A stretch of 64,000 bases of DNA from Candidatus Cloacimonadales bacterium (GTDB lineage Bacteria; Cloacimonadota; Cloacimonadia; Cloacimonadales; JAFGVF01), in NCBI GenBank assembly GCA_963677495.2, contig CAXXOU010000001.1:544001-608000 (forward strand), given 5' to 3'. Shown piece after piece: positions 37,828 to 46,975 of the stretch; the stretch's first letter is position 1, and every line of letters starts with the position of its first letter. The notes under the pieces were generated by a model that worked only from the letters and a program-made list of their open reading frames with translations, was not told the origin of the DNA and made no database searches. The translations under genes were made by a program, and so were the position numbers.

Positions 37828-38901
37828 TTAGTTTAATTCAGCTTCCATAACATTATGGATTTTACAGGTTGTCTCATCGAAAGTCTCAGGCATTGTCTGA
37901 ATAAGTATGATGAGCTTTGCATCATCAGGCATTGCACTTCCTACTGTATGTTCAAACTCATAAGTCCCATTGAAGTCAGCATCAGTTAGGGCAATTCTAT
38001 TCTGTTCAAGCATTACATTCTTACAAGGATCACCGGCATAATTATTTGTAGCTGATGTCTCTTCAATGAACATATATCTAAGATATAGGTTATCAAAAGC
38101 AACTGAACCGGGGTTATCAAGTTCTAACTGAACAGTATACTTTCCCGCTTCAAGTGTATAATTGAAGTTCTCGAACGTGATAGTAGCATCTGTATTAACT
38201 GTTGTATTGATAATTCCATCATATTGAGATAATGTTATCTCCTCTGAACCAACAAAAATGTTACTTCCTTGTAAAACTCCTGTTGGAGCGCTATAGATGT
38301 TATACCAGCTTTGTAACTCGCTGAAATCACCGCTTAAACCGTCATTATAATGATATTCGACATATGAGAGGCTACTACCATAAGTTGCCTTTAATGCTTC
38401 GATTTCATGTTCAAGTTCAGGACAGTTGGGACACCATGTAGCAGTAAGTATCTCTACAAAGGCAACTGTCTTATCTTCTGAAGGTGGTTCCATCTGGTTA
38501 CCATAGAAAAGGTAGCCATCACCGTTCTCAATGAGAACATCAGTTTCAGGAATTTCTTTAACTGAAGCAAATGACCATTCAACAGTAAGGTTATCCTCAC
38601 TGATTACATCTATTGATACTGTAAATGGAGCAGTAACTGTTTGCATTAAAGCAGTAAACTCATTCTCAATGTCTGTCTTTGTTAAACCCTGATTGAGATA
38701 GCTGTCACTGTAGAATGCCATAATACTACTAACATCACCGGATGTCATTGAATCAAGGGCATCTTTAATATCGTTTTGGAAATAGGTTTCTATCTCCTCT
38801 GCTATACCAGGTCCTGTCTCAGGCTCCGGTTTAGTAAATCTTTCACATGCACTTACAAGTAATACAAGCACTATGATAAATATAAATGTTAATTTCTTCA
38901 T
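37828..38901 (-). CDS. Omp28-like thioredoxin-fold lipoprotein
   Basis: Lipobox LVSA|C; EILTATWCPNCP; SAPT; Ig-like C-terminus. Confidence 0.8.
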   Translation of the reverse strand: MKKLTFIFIIVLVLLVSACERFTKPEPETGPGIAEEIETYFQNDIKDALDSMTSGDVSSIMAFYSDSYLNQGLTKTDIENEFTALMQTVTAPFTVSIDVISEDNLTVEWSFASVKEIPETDVLIENGDGYLFYGNQMEPPSEDKTVAFVEILTATWCPNCPELEHEIEALKATYGSSLSYVEYHYNDGLSGDFSELQSWYNIYSAPTGVLQGSNIFVGSEEITLSQYDGIINTTVNTDATITFENFNYTLEAGKYTVQLELDNPGSVAFDNLYLRYMFIEETSATNNYAGDPCKNVMLEQNRIALTDADFNGTYEFEHTVGSAMPDDAKLIILIQTMPETFDETTCKIHNVMEAELN

Positions 38902-38910
38902 ATTGGATCC

Positions 38911-40506
38911 TTATGGCTCAAGAATAATGTAAGTCGGAAGTCCTTTAACATCGAACATCTCCATCACTTCTTTTGCCGGAGTTTCATTTGGTTTTTCAGC
39001 ATAATACTTAATAAACTCATACTTCTCAAGCGCTTTTATAACACCTTCATCTTTGAAAGTAGTTCTATCCATCTCTTTACAAGAGCTACACCATGAAGCA
39101 GTGAAGTCTAAGAAAATAGGTTTCTGCTCATCCATAGCAGCTTCAATCTGAGAAGCAGTTCCGGTTACAGTTTTAGGTTTTAAGATATGATATGCATTTG
39201 TGCTGTATTTGAAAGCCATAAACAGAATGAACACACCGAAGATAATCTTAACCCATTTCATCCAGTTACCAGGTTTTGGAAGGACAGACATACCGCCACC
39301 TAAGAATGGCCATGGAAGAGCCATACCAAGTCCAAGTAAGAATGGTAATGCTAATCCAAGAATATTACCATCAGCATAAAGCTGTCCGGCATATATGATA
39401 ACTGCAATCAAGATTGGAGCTACACAAGCACCTGCAAGTAGAGCTGCAAAGATACCCATAACAAAAACACCGGCAATCTTACCTCGTTGCTGAGCACGTT
39501 TATTAGGGTTTTGATACTTTGAGAAATCTATAGCAAAAACATCGAACATTGCCAGAGCAAGAAAGATGAAGATGACTGCAATTACAGCATTGAAAATCCA
39601 TGATGAGTTTAACTGACCGAATGCGGATCCGGTTAAAGCTGCAATTAAACCTAAAGCTCCGTAAGCGATGGCCATACCGAGACCATAACTTGCACCAAGC
39701 ATGATACCTTTACCTTTTGATTGACCTTGTGAACCGGCACCAATAATAGCAACAGTAATAGGAATCATAGGCAAAACACATGGAGTAAGGTTCATAAGAA
39801 GTCCACCGACAATGATAGAAATAAGCAATAACCAAATGCTCTTTCCGGCTAAACCTTCATCTTCTGTAGCACCGTCAGTGTTTGCATCACCAATAGCACC
39901 AGGATTTTCTAAGAATGCAATAAACTTGTCAGCTTTAATGTAACCTGTCTTAGCACCTTTGATTTTATATTTCTTGTTAAGTCTTGTAAAAGCATCAACC
40001 ACTTTCTGATTATCTTCTGCACTACCTTCTGTTACAGTAGCTTCCGTAGAAGTAACTTCATTAGCTACACTCTTACCGGTTACAAATGATAAAGTAGCCT
40101 CCTCATCAACAGGCATCTCACAAGCAGCACCAGCTTCACAGAGTTGATAACCATAAGCAATCTTAATCTCACCATCTTTCTTTGAAGCATCAAATGTGCA
40201 TTTCTGAGACAACACAACTTCATGCTTATATTTTATAGTTTCTTCATTTTTTAGTCCATCCGGGTTTGGATAAACAGTCGGTTCAAACTCTAAGCCATCC
40301 CCACTAGCTTCAAGATAGAACATAGGCATGTCATCACCGACAACATAAGATTGGTAATAATGGTCAGGGATATTAAATTTCATTAAAAGAGTTCCGGTCC
40401 CATTACCTTTCTGGAACTCGAATTCAACTTCAGGTTTTGCTTGGGCAGATAAACTACCTATTAGCAACAACATCAGAGATACGACAATCAGTAAGCTCTT
40501 GCGCAT
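38911..40506 (-). CDS. dsbD: DsbD-like transmembrane thiol-disulfide interchange protein
   Basis: N-domain YQLCEAGAACEMP; TM LTPCVLPMIP and AGACVAP; PKPGNWM; C-terminal thioredoxin DFTASWCSSC. Confidence 0.88.
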   Translation of the reverse strand: MRKSLLIVVSLMLLLIGSLSAQAKPEVEFEFQKGNGTGTLLMKFNIPDHYYQSYVVGDDMPMFYLEASGDGLEFEPTVYPNPDGLKNEETIKYKHEVVLSQKCTFDASKKDGEIKIAYGYQLCEAGAACEMPVDEEATLSFVTGKSVANEVTSTEATVTEGSAEDNQKVVDAFTRLNKKYKIKGAKTGYIKADKFIAFLENPGAIGDANTDGATEDEGLAGKSIWLLLISIIVGGLLMNLTPCVLPMIPITVAIIGAGSQGQSKGKGIMLGASYGLGMAIAYGALGLIAALTGSAFGQLNSSWIFNAVIAVIFIFLALAMFDVFAIDFSKYQNPNKRAQQRGKIAGVFVMGIFAALLAGACVAPILIAVIIYAGQLYADGNILGLALPFLLGLGMALPWPFLGGGMSVLPKPGNWMKWVKIIFGVFILFMAFKYSTNAYHILKPKTVTGTASQIEAAMDEQKPIFLDFTASWCSSCKEMDRTTFKDEGVIKALEKYEFIKYYAEKPNETPAKEVMEMFDVKGLPTYIILEP

Positions 40507-40693
40507 CAAATCCTCCGTAGACTTATTTTACTAATACACTAATCAATTTTCTTAAACAGACATGCAAGTTTTCCACCAAAGTCTGCTTTAAATCATATTA
40601 TATAACTACATATTTCTATCAAGTTTTTTATTCACTACTGAAGGTTTTTGAGTATTTATTGATTCACAAACTTAAAACGAAAGAACAAAAAAT

Positions 40694-40719
40694 AGGCTAT
40701 CCCATAATGGAATAGCCTA
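40694..40719 (-). terminator. Intrinsic terminator after the C25 protease
   Basis: TAGGCTAT...ATAGCCTA hairpin with a U-run on the minus strand. Confidence 0.7.
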
Positions 40720-40738
40720 AATTATATTGTTTAACGAA

Positions 40739-43700
40739 TTACTTCATTAATATCATTTTATTAGTAGCTTTATAACTATCAGTAGTCATTCTATAGAAGT
40801 AGATACCACTAGCAACTTGCTTGCCATTAGAGTCATCTCCCTTCCAAAGAACTGAATGGTTACCTTTAGTCATGACATCATTGAGTACAGTTGTAACCTT
40901 CTTACCAAGAATGTTGTAAACTTCAATCTTAACTTTACCACTTTCTTTCATAGAGAAAGCGATATTAGTTTCAGGATTGAATGGGTTTGGATAGTTACCC
41001 TGTAATGTTGTAGTGTAAACTGCAACATTATCGTTATTATCGGTAGGAGTTCCCACACCATTAACTATGACTCCACTCAATGGATTGTTAGGATCATCAC
41101 TTGTAACAGCTACCTGTTGAGAGTAGTTTTCAGTTGCTGTTGGCATGAAAACGATGTCAAAATCAAATGTATCTCCTGATTCAACAATATAAGAAATTTC
41201 ATCTGCATCAGTTCCATCTCTTCTGATCTTGAATTCAGGAAGCAATGATGTAATAGCGCCAACCATAACTTCATCACCACTATTTGTAAGTGTTACTGTT
41301 TGAGCTGACTCTTCACCAACCATAACTTCACCAAACTCAATCGCTGTTGTATCTATTGCAAATATCGGTGCACCTGGATTTTGTGGTGCCATAGGGAAAA
41401 CTATATCATCAACCCAAGCACAATCTGAACCTGAAGATGCCATCCAGTCTTTGCTATATTCCCATTTAAATGTATGGTTACCGGCCGAAACATCATATGT
41501 CTCTTGTGACCAGTTCACCGAACCTGACCATTCACCCTGTTCCTGATTATCAATATAAAATCTGAAGAAGTCGTAACTTGACTCTGATGATACTTTCTTC
41601 CAGAAAGATATCTGGCCAGCTTGTGCGATAGTCATAGTTACTTGCATAGTAGTCGTGCCATTGTTAGATATATCTGCTGTTTTTGCAGCTACTCCATCAT
41701 GACCACCATTGGCATCAATTGTCCAGTTTCCACCAGTAAATGTATATCCATAACTATCGAAGTTGTTATCAAATGTTTCCATTGTAAGACCAACAATTAC
41801 ATTATCGGATGCTTCAGTCATATAGTTTCCAGATTCTACACCATAATCAAGATTAATTGAAGTTAAGGCAGGGATTTGACTACTGAAAGCAACATTATAG
41901 TTACCAATAGCAGTTGAGCCCATACCTAATCTTGTAAAGATTGGTGATTCAGCAGGAACAATACTAACGAGAGTATTATCAAATGAAAGTGTAGTAAAAC
42001 CATTTCCAGCAGAAGCATGTCCATTGTTTGTTGCTATAAACTGAACATTCCATATCTCACCTTGGTCATACATTGAGTTTCCATTACCCAAAATTTCAGT
42101 CCAAGTTAATGCTTCTACTGATAATGCCGGAGCATTAACAGTTAAACTTTTCTCTGCTGTCCAGTTATTAGCAGGATCAATAATTGTAACTGTAACTGGA
42201 ATCATATATTGATCAGGAACACTATCACTAATTGAAACAGTAAATGCTTCATTCAACATTATTTGACCGTCAGCATCGAGTGCAGCAGTTGTAATCTCAG
42301 GTTGAGTAATAGTTACATATGGATCAGCTGAAGCGATATTCACGGTAAGTACACCGGAAGCATCAACCCCAACATTCTCTAACGTAATATTAACATCAGC
42401 AGTATTTCCATACTGTCCATCGCTAGCATTTGTAAAACTTAAATCGTTAACAATAATGTAAGCACCATCAGCTGCAACAGTTAAGACATCAGCAGTATAT
42501 GTAACTTTGTTAAAGGCTGTGACAGTTACTGTAAGATTAGTTGGTTGTAAAGGAGCAGGATCAAGTGTTACAGCCGCATTTCCTGAAGCATCAGTATAAC
42601 CTGCACCAAGTAAAGTTCCATTATCAGTAATACTTACTAAAGCAGGATTACCTGTATCAAGACCACTTACTGAAGCATTGAATACTGAAGAACCAAGGAA
42701 AAATGTAGGCATATGAGATACTGTTATATCTTCCGGTTGTCTTGTACGAACCATAAGTGATGCATCACCGAAAATATTCCAAGTTTTATACATATCAGTA
42801 CCAACACCTGCATAATTGTCCATCATCTCGCATGAACCGTTGTAATAAAGGCCACCAACTGTTGTCTTATCTTCTGCGATTAAAAGATCAGTAATCTCAT
42901 CTTGTCCTCTCATAGGAGAATCCCAGTCCTGATTAACAGAAGATGCATAAATAGCCATAGCCCCGGTAGGAGCATCACCATTAGTTGCTCTTGTCCAGCC
43001 TTCGGCAAAACATGTATTTGATACAAAATTACCATTAACACAAGCAACACTTACGATAAATGGAAGTTTGTAGTCATTTGTAAGCTGATTACAGTTGTTT
43101 ACACTGAATCCTGTTGTTGACCATGCAGTAGTAGAACCATGGCCAACATAGTTAATAAACCCACGACCAGCATTAACACTATTAGCAACATTACTTGAGC
43201 TGGCACCCGGGTCATAAATCTGGTCTACAGTATTATATCCGTAACCTAAAAGATCAGTTCTAATATTGTTCATGTGAACGATGTCAGATTCACCCATATC
43301 ACCATTACTACCACCACCTTCATCAGAAGCGATACCAATAGCATTATTCAACCAGTCATTAGTATTATCAATATCTCTTTCGTACCAGATAACTCTATCT
43401 ACCTGAGTTTCAAGTTGTGAAGTATTCTCAGCAGAGAATCTTCCAATGAAGATATCAGGATATGAATCAGTACCATTTACGAGAGCAAGAATAGGGTCAG
43501 CACCACCATTCTGTCCACTGTAATAGTGGCTTAATGCAGGCATCTGAGCTGCATCACCGGCAAGCTGAACAAAAGCAAGGTTTGGGTTACTATTATAATA
43601 GTTTTGAATAAAAGTCTGAATCTGAGATGCAGTTGTACCGATTGTAGACAACTCTACGAGCTCTGCATTCATTCCTTTCTGAATCTTCCAATCAACATAT

Positions 43701-44443
43701 TCCTGCATTAGGTCCATATACTGTGTTGGAGCGATAGCCAGAAGTGAACCTGAATCCTCAACAGGTGTATACCTGTCTGTTGTGAAATTCATGAAGTGGT
43801 TTTCATAGATAGATAAAAACTCTTTACTGTAAGTAGTAGCCTCTCTATCAAGGGTATTAACCATACTGAAACCATTGTTCTCTACTTCAACTAACAAGCG
43901 AGTATAAACTCTAAGCTTCTTTGTTACAGGATTAAATGTGAAAGGACTAAATTTAACTACAACACCACGCATATCTCTTAAAATATAAGGTTCACTAAGA
44001 GTAACTAACTCTTGTGGATAGTATGCGTTTTCATTATACATTGCACCGAATGTATAAGCTACTGTTGCAGGATCAATGTTTCTAGTAATTGAACCTTTAG
44101 AAGGTGCAACATTCATATCAAACTCTTGATATTCACTTTTTAAAATTTTTACATCAGCATTTGCTGTTGCAGGTATTATGATACTTCTGTTCATCACAGG
44201 AAGCATTGGAGCACCACTTTCCTGACTCACAGGTTCAGTGCTCATATTAATTAAATCAAATTCCTCATTGTTTATTCTTACACTATTTCTTTCGAAATCA
44301 CTTACTGATAGCGCAAGAACTGTACTGTTGTTATCTGAGGATACTAAGCGGACAGAGTTCATTCCGTTGTTTAATTCAACAGTTTCACTCAAAAGCAGAC
44401 CTGCTACCATTAATAGTAGTAAAAACAGGGTTAACTTCTTCAT
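40739..44443 (-). CDS. Gingipain-like C25 cysteine peptidase with propeptide, Ig domains and T9SS-type C-terminal domain
   Basis: Propeptide (PSKG, PYILRD); R|YTPVED maturation site; NYVGHGSTTAW (His); IVSVACVNGNF (Cys); GESDIVH; NYPNPFNPET C-terminal domain. Confidence 0.93.
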   Translation of the reverse strand: MKKLTLFLLLLMVAGLLLSETVELNNGMNSVRLVSSDNNSTVLALSVSDFERNSVRINNEEFDLINMSTEPVSQESGAPMLPVMNRSIIIPATANADVKILKSEYQEFDMNVAPSKGSITRNIDPATVAYTFGAMYNENAYYPQELVTLSEPYILRDMRGVVVKFSPFTFNPVTKKLRVYTRLLVEVENNGFSMVNTLDREATTYSKEFLSIYENHFMNFTTDRYTPVEDSGSLLAIAPTQYMDLMQEYVDWKIQKGMNAELVELSTIGTTASQIQTFIQNYYNSNPNLAFVQLAGDAAQMPALSHYYSGQNGGADPILALVNGTDSYPDIFIGRFSAENTSQLETQVDRVIWYERDIDNTNDWLNNAIGIASDEGGGSNGDMGESDIVHMNNIRTDLLGYGYNTVDQIYDPGASSSNVANSVNAGRGFINYVGHGSTTAWSTTGFSVNNCNQLTNDYKLPFIVSVACVNGNFVSNTCFAEGWTRATNGDAPTGAMAIYASSVNQDWDSPMRGQDEITDLLIAEDKTTVGGLYYNGSCEMMDNYAGVGTDMYKTWNIFGDASLMVRTRQPEDITVSHMPTFFLGSSVFNASVSGLDTGNPALVSITDNGTLLGAGYTDASGNAAVTLDPAPLQPTNLTVTVTAFNKVTYTADVLTVAADGAYIIVNDLSFTNASDGQYGNTADVNITLENVGVDASGVLTVNIASADPYVTITQPEITTAALDADGQIMLNEAFTVSISDSVPDQYMIPVTVTIIDPANNWTAEKSLTVNAPALSVEALTWTEILGNGNSMYDQGEIWNVQFIATNNGHASAGNGFTTLSFDNTLVSIVPAESPIFTRLGMGSTAIGNYNVAFSSQIPALTSINLDYGVESGNYMTEASDNVIVGLTMETFDNNFDSYGYTFTGGNWTIDANGGHDGVAAKTADISNNGTTTMQVTMTIAQAGQISFWKKVSSESSYDFFRFYIDNQEQGEWSGSVNWSQETYDVSAGNHTFKWEYSKDWMASSGSDCAWVDDIVFPMAPQNPGAPIFAIDTTAIEFGEVMVGEESAQTVTLTNSGDEVMVGAITSLLPEFKIRRDGTDADEISYIVESGDTFDFDIVFMPTATENYSQQVAVTSDDPNNPLSGVIVNGVGTPTDNNDNVAVYTTTLQGNYPNPFNPETNIAFSMKESGKVKIEVYNILGKKVTTVLNDVMTKGNHSVLWKGDDSNGKQVASGIYFYRMTTDSYKATNKMILMK

Positions 44444-44607
44444 TCTTCCTCCATGGTTTATCTCAAATTTAATCTTAATTTATCCATAACTATACATATT
44501 ATGCAAAAATAGTTCCTAAAACCTGATTACTAATGATTCTAGAAAATCAAGCTCTTATCATTCTAGCTCTAGATAAGATATTCACCTTTTACTAGATGTC
44601 AATGTGT

Positions 44608-45225
44608 TTATATTTCTAACTCTTCAATGTTCAATCTGAAAAGATGTGCAATTTGTTCTACTGTATCATCTAAGCTTATCTCACTCTTGCCCAGTACCCA
44701 CTGCGTAATGACAAAATCTACTGTCCCAAGGAACATCATTGCATAAATCCTTGGATCTATGTCTTTAACAATATCACCCTCAGCAATAGCCTGCTTTATT
44801 ATCTCCTCAACAAAATCAATATATTCTGATATTGGGGTAAACTCAGGATACTTTTCATAAAACTCTTTACACTGACGGAGTTCCACCGTGATAAATCTAG
44901 CTACGTTAATATCTCCTGTAAACATCGCTGCATGCATTTTATAGAATTTATATAATTTCTTTACTCCTCGCTTCTCAACTGAAAGTATGCGTTTCATATA
45001 TGTTAGCTTTTTGTGAAGAAGCTCTTTCATAGCTTGAATCATTAAATCATCTTTATTTTTGAAATACAAATAGACTGTACCATCAGCGACTTTGGCTCGT
45101 TTTGCAATCTCGCCAATCTTAGCATTATGAAAACCTTTTTGACCAAAAATCTCAATTGCAGATTTCACTATTGCTTCACGTTTCTGAAGCTTCTTTTCCT
45201 GTACGGATAATTTTTTCGCTCTCAT
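44608..45225 (-). CDS. TetR/AcrR-family transcriptional regulator
   Basis: AIEIFGQKGFHNAKIGEIAKRAKVADGTVYLYFKNKDDL HTH; AAGGAG RBS before MRAKK. Confidence 0.92.
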   Translation of the reverse strand: MRAKKLSVQEKKLQKREAIVKSAIEIFGQKGFHNAKIGEIAKRAKVADGTVYLYFKNKDDLMIQAMKELLHKKLTYMKRILSVEKRGVKKLYKFYKMHAAMFTGDINVARFITVELRQCKEFYEKYPEFTPISEYIDFVEEIIKQAIAEGDIVKDIDPRIYAMMFLGTVDFVITQWVLGKSEISLDDTVEQIAHLFRLNIEELEI

Positions 45226-45363
45226 CTGAATCTCCTTCATATATCTCTTTTCGTCAAAAAGTATTCGCTAAAATGAATTGTCAATGTTTACTTTTAAATA
45301 TATGCTTTATAGCTACTTAATTGTTATCGTGTAATTTATATACTATACATTTAGATAGTAAAA

Positions 45364-45389
45364 GCCCCGAAATCTTTCAATTTCGGGGC
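45364..45389 (-). terminator. Intrinsic terminator
   Basis: GCCCCGAAAT...ATTTCGGGGC with TTTT on the minus strand. Confidence 0.75.
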
Positions 45390-45410
45390 AAACGCTAGAA
45401 TCTCATTCAG

Positions 45411-46550
45411 TTATTGAAACAACTGAACAAGTAAAAATATATAGTGTGCACAAATACCGGCAACAAATCCACCTATTGTATGTGATATAAGAGCCTTTGA
45501 TGTAAGTTCTCTGTATCCAAGAGCGTCAAGCATAGCTGTATGGGTACTTAAATATCCACTCCAACACATTCCCATAGCTGTGAAAACCGCTATCTCGTTT
45601 GCTCCGGCAATTCCTGTTTCAAGGTATCTTGGGATCAATGATAAAGCAGCACCTACAGCACCAAGAGCAGTTATTGGAAATGCTATTGCTCCCGGATGCT
45701 CGAAACCAAAGAGGTATTTAAATGGAATAGCTAGCAGACCTGCAATCTTTGGAAGCAAAGGAACTCCCTCATAAGCAAGACCCTGATAGCCTAAAGCTAT
45801 ATCTTTAGGTCCGAATGTTATAAGCATAATGAATGTACTTATTGTGAGAACACCGGGAATAATTGCCAGACCAAGATCAACCCCTGATCTACCTCCATCT
45901 AGTAATGCATTTAGAAATCTCTGAAACACTGAACCTTCAGTACTGAACGAGATATTCTTCTCTCTATTTATATCTTCATGACGTGGAATCTCATGGAACT
46001 GACTTTTAATTAAATGCTGCATAATTCTTGTTGATGTGATTGAGCCAATAATACTACCAACCAAACCAACTATAGCACTTGTAAAAAAGCCTTTACCAAT
46101 CATGAAACTTATCACGATTAAACCCATGCCAAATGCGGTTCCGAAGTTTGTTAACGATATAAGTTCGTACTTCTTGAAGTAAGCTCTGAAGTTCTTATCT
46201 TTAGCTAGACTGATAATCGCTGGATTATCAGAAAAGAACGTCATCAATGCTCCAATTGAAGCAACACCCGGAAGATTGAAGAGTGGTCTCATCAGAGGTG
46301 CAAGTATTACCTCAAGTAAACGAACAACTCCAAACTCAATCATCAGTTTACCTAAAGCACCTGCTAACACAGTGATCGCCATAATGTAAAACACTGTATT
46401 CAATAGCAGGTCATGGGCTGTATTCATAATGGAAGAAAGCAAGTGACTTGTAGTCATCTTACTGCTTAAATACCAAAGTATTCCACCGGAAAGAAGAAGA
46501 AACACAAATGCTTCATATCTTCGTCTCTGTAAAAACTTAGATTTTTTCAT
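45411..46550 (-). CDS. Multi-pass membrane protein with nucleoside-recognition (Gate)-like repeats; probable transporter
   Basis: LAPLMRPLFNLPG, FFSDNPAII and GMCWSGYLSTH; about 10 TM helices. Confidence 0.65.
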   Translation of the reverse strand: MKKSKFLQRRRYEAFVFLLLSGGILWYLSSKMTTSHLLSSIMNTAHDLLLNTVFYIMAITVLAGALGKLMIEFGVVRLLEVILAPLMRPLFNLPGVASIGALMTFFSDNPAIISLAKDKNFRAYFKKYELISLTNFGTAFGMGLIVISFMIGKGFFTSAIVGLVGSIIGSITSTRIMQHLIKSQFHEIPRHEDINREKNISFSTEGSVFQRFLNALLDGGRSGVDLGLAIIPGVLTISTFIMLITFGPKDIALGYQGLAYEGVPLLPKIAGLLAIPFKYLFGFEHPGAIAFPITALGAVGAALSLIPRYLETGIAGANEIAVFTAMGMCWSGYLSTHTAMLDALGYRELTSKALISHTIGGFVAGICAHYIFLLVQLFQ

Positions 46551-46826
46551 TATCTCCACCTGTTTTATTCATTTTGCGTCAGGCATAATTTATAGGAATT
46601 TATGTCAATATTTGTATTTGTGGCTTTATGTGTCATATCGTTTATGGAGTGCACCAACTGCTTAGGTGCGTCTTGTCACACAACCCGTACCTTCTTAATG
46701 GTTGAGCTTGCGAATCCTTCCGAATGGTACACTTCGAAGTTGCCGATATTTGTGAAGCGGTCACCTGTACGACTGATAAGGAGTTTGGGGAATTGCGTTT
46801 TATGTTGAATGACTTCTTGCGTACTT

Positions 46827-46905
46827 GTAGTGCGAGTTACCCCACTTCCTCATATCTCGGAAGAGCTATAGGTTTTCCGCATTTCCCCGAGCTCGTAAAC
46901 TCGCA
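46827..46905. repeat. Degenerate GTAG-type REP pair
   Basis: GTAGTGCGAGTT...AACTCGCA inverted ends; another hairpin (gcacc...ggtgc) near 46651-46670. Confidence 0.45.
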
Positions 46906-46975
46906 ATGGTGACTGCTAACGTCACTTTACCACCATCATTCTGCCAATCGGTCGTTCAAGGTAAAAAACATACTT

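Noticed and set aside
35108..40506. Selenocysteine in the redox operon
   Set aside because: All redox motifs are encoded as Cys within uninterrupted ORFs; no in-frame TGA is needed.
46602..46912. Two short plus-strand ORFs
   Set aside because: No recognisable motifs; they overlap REP-like palindromes.
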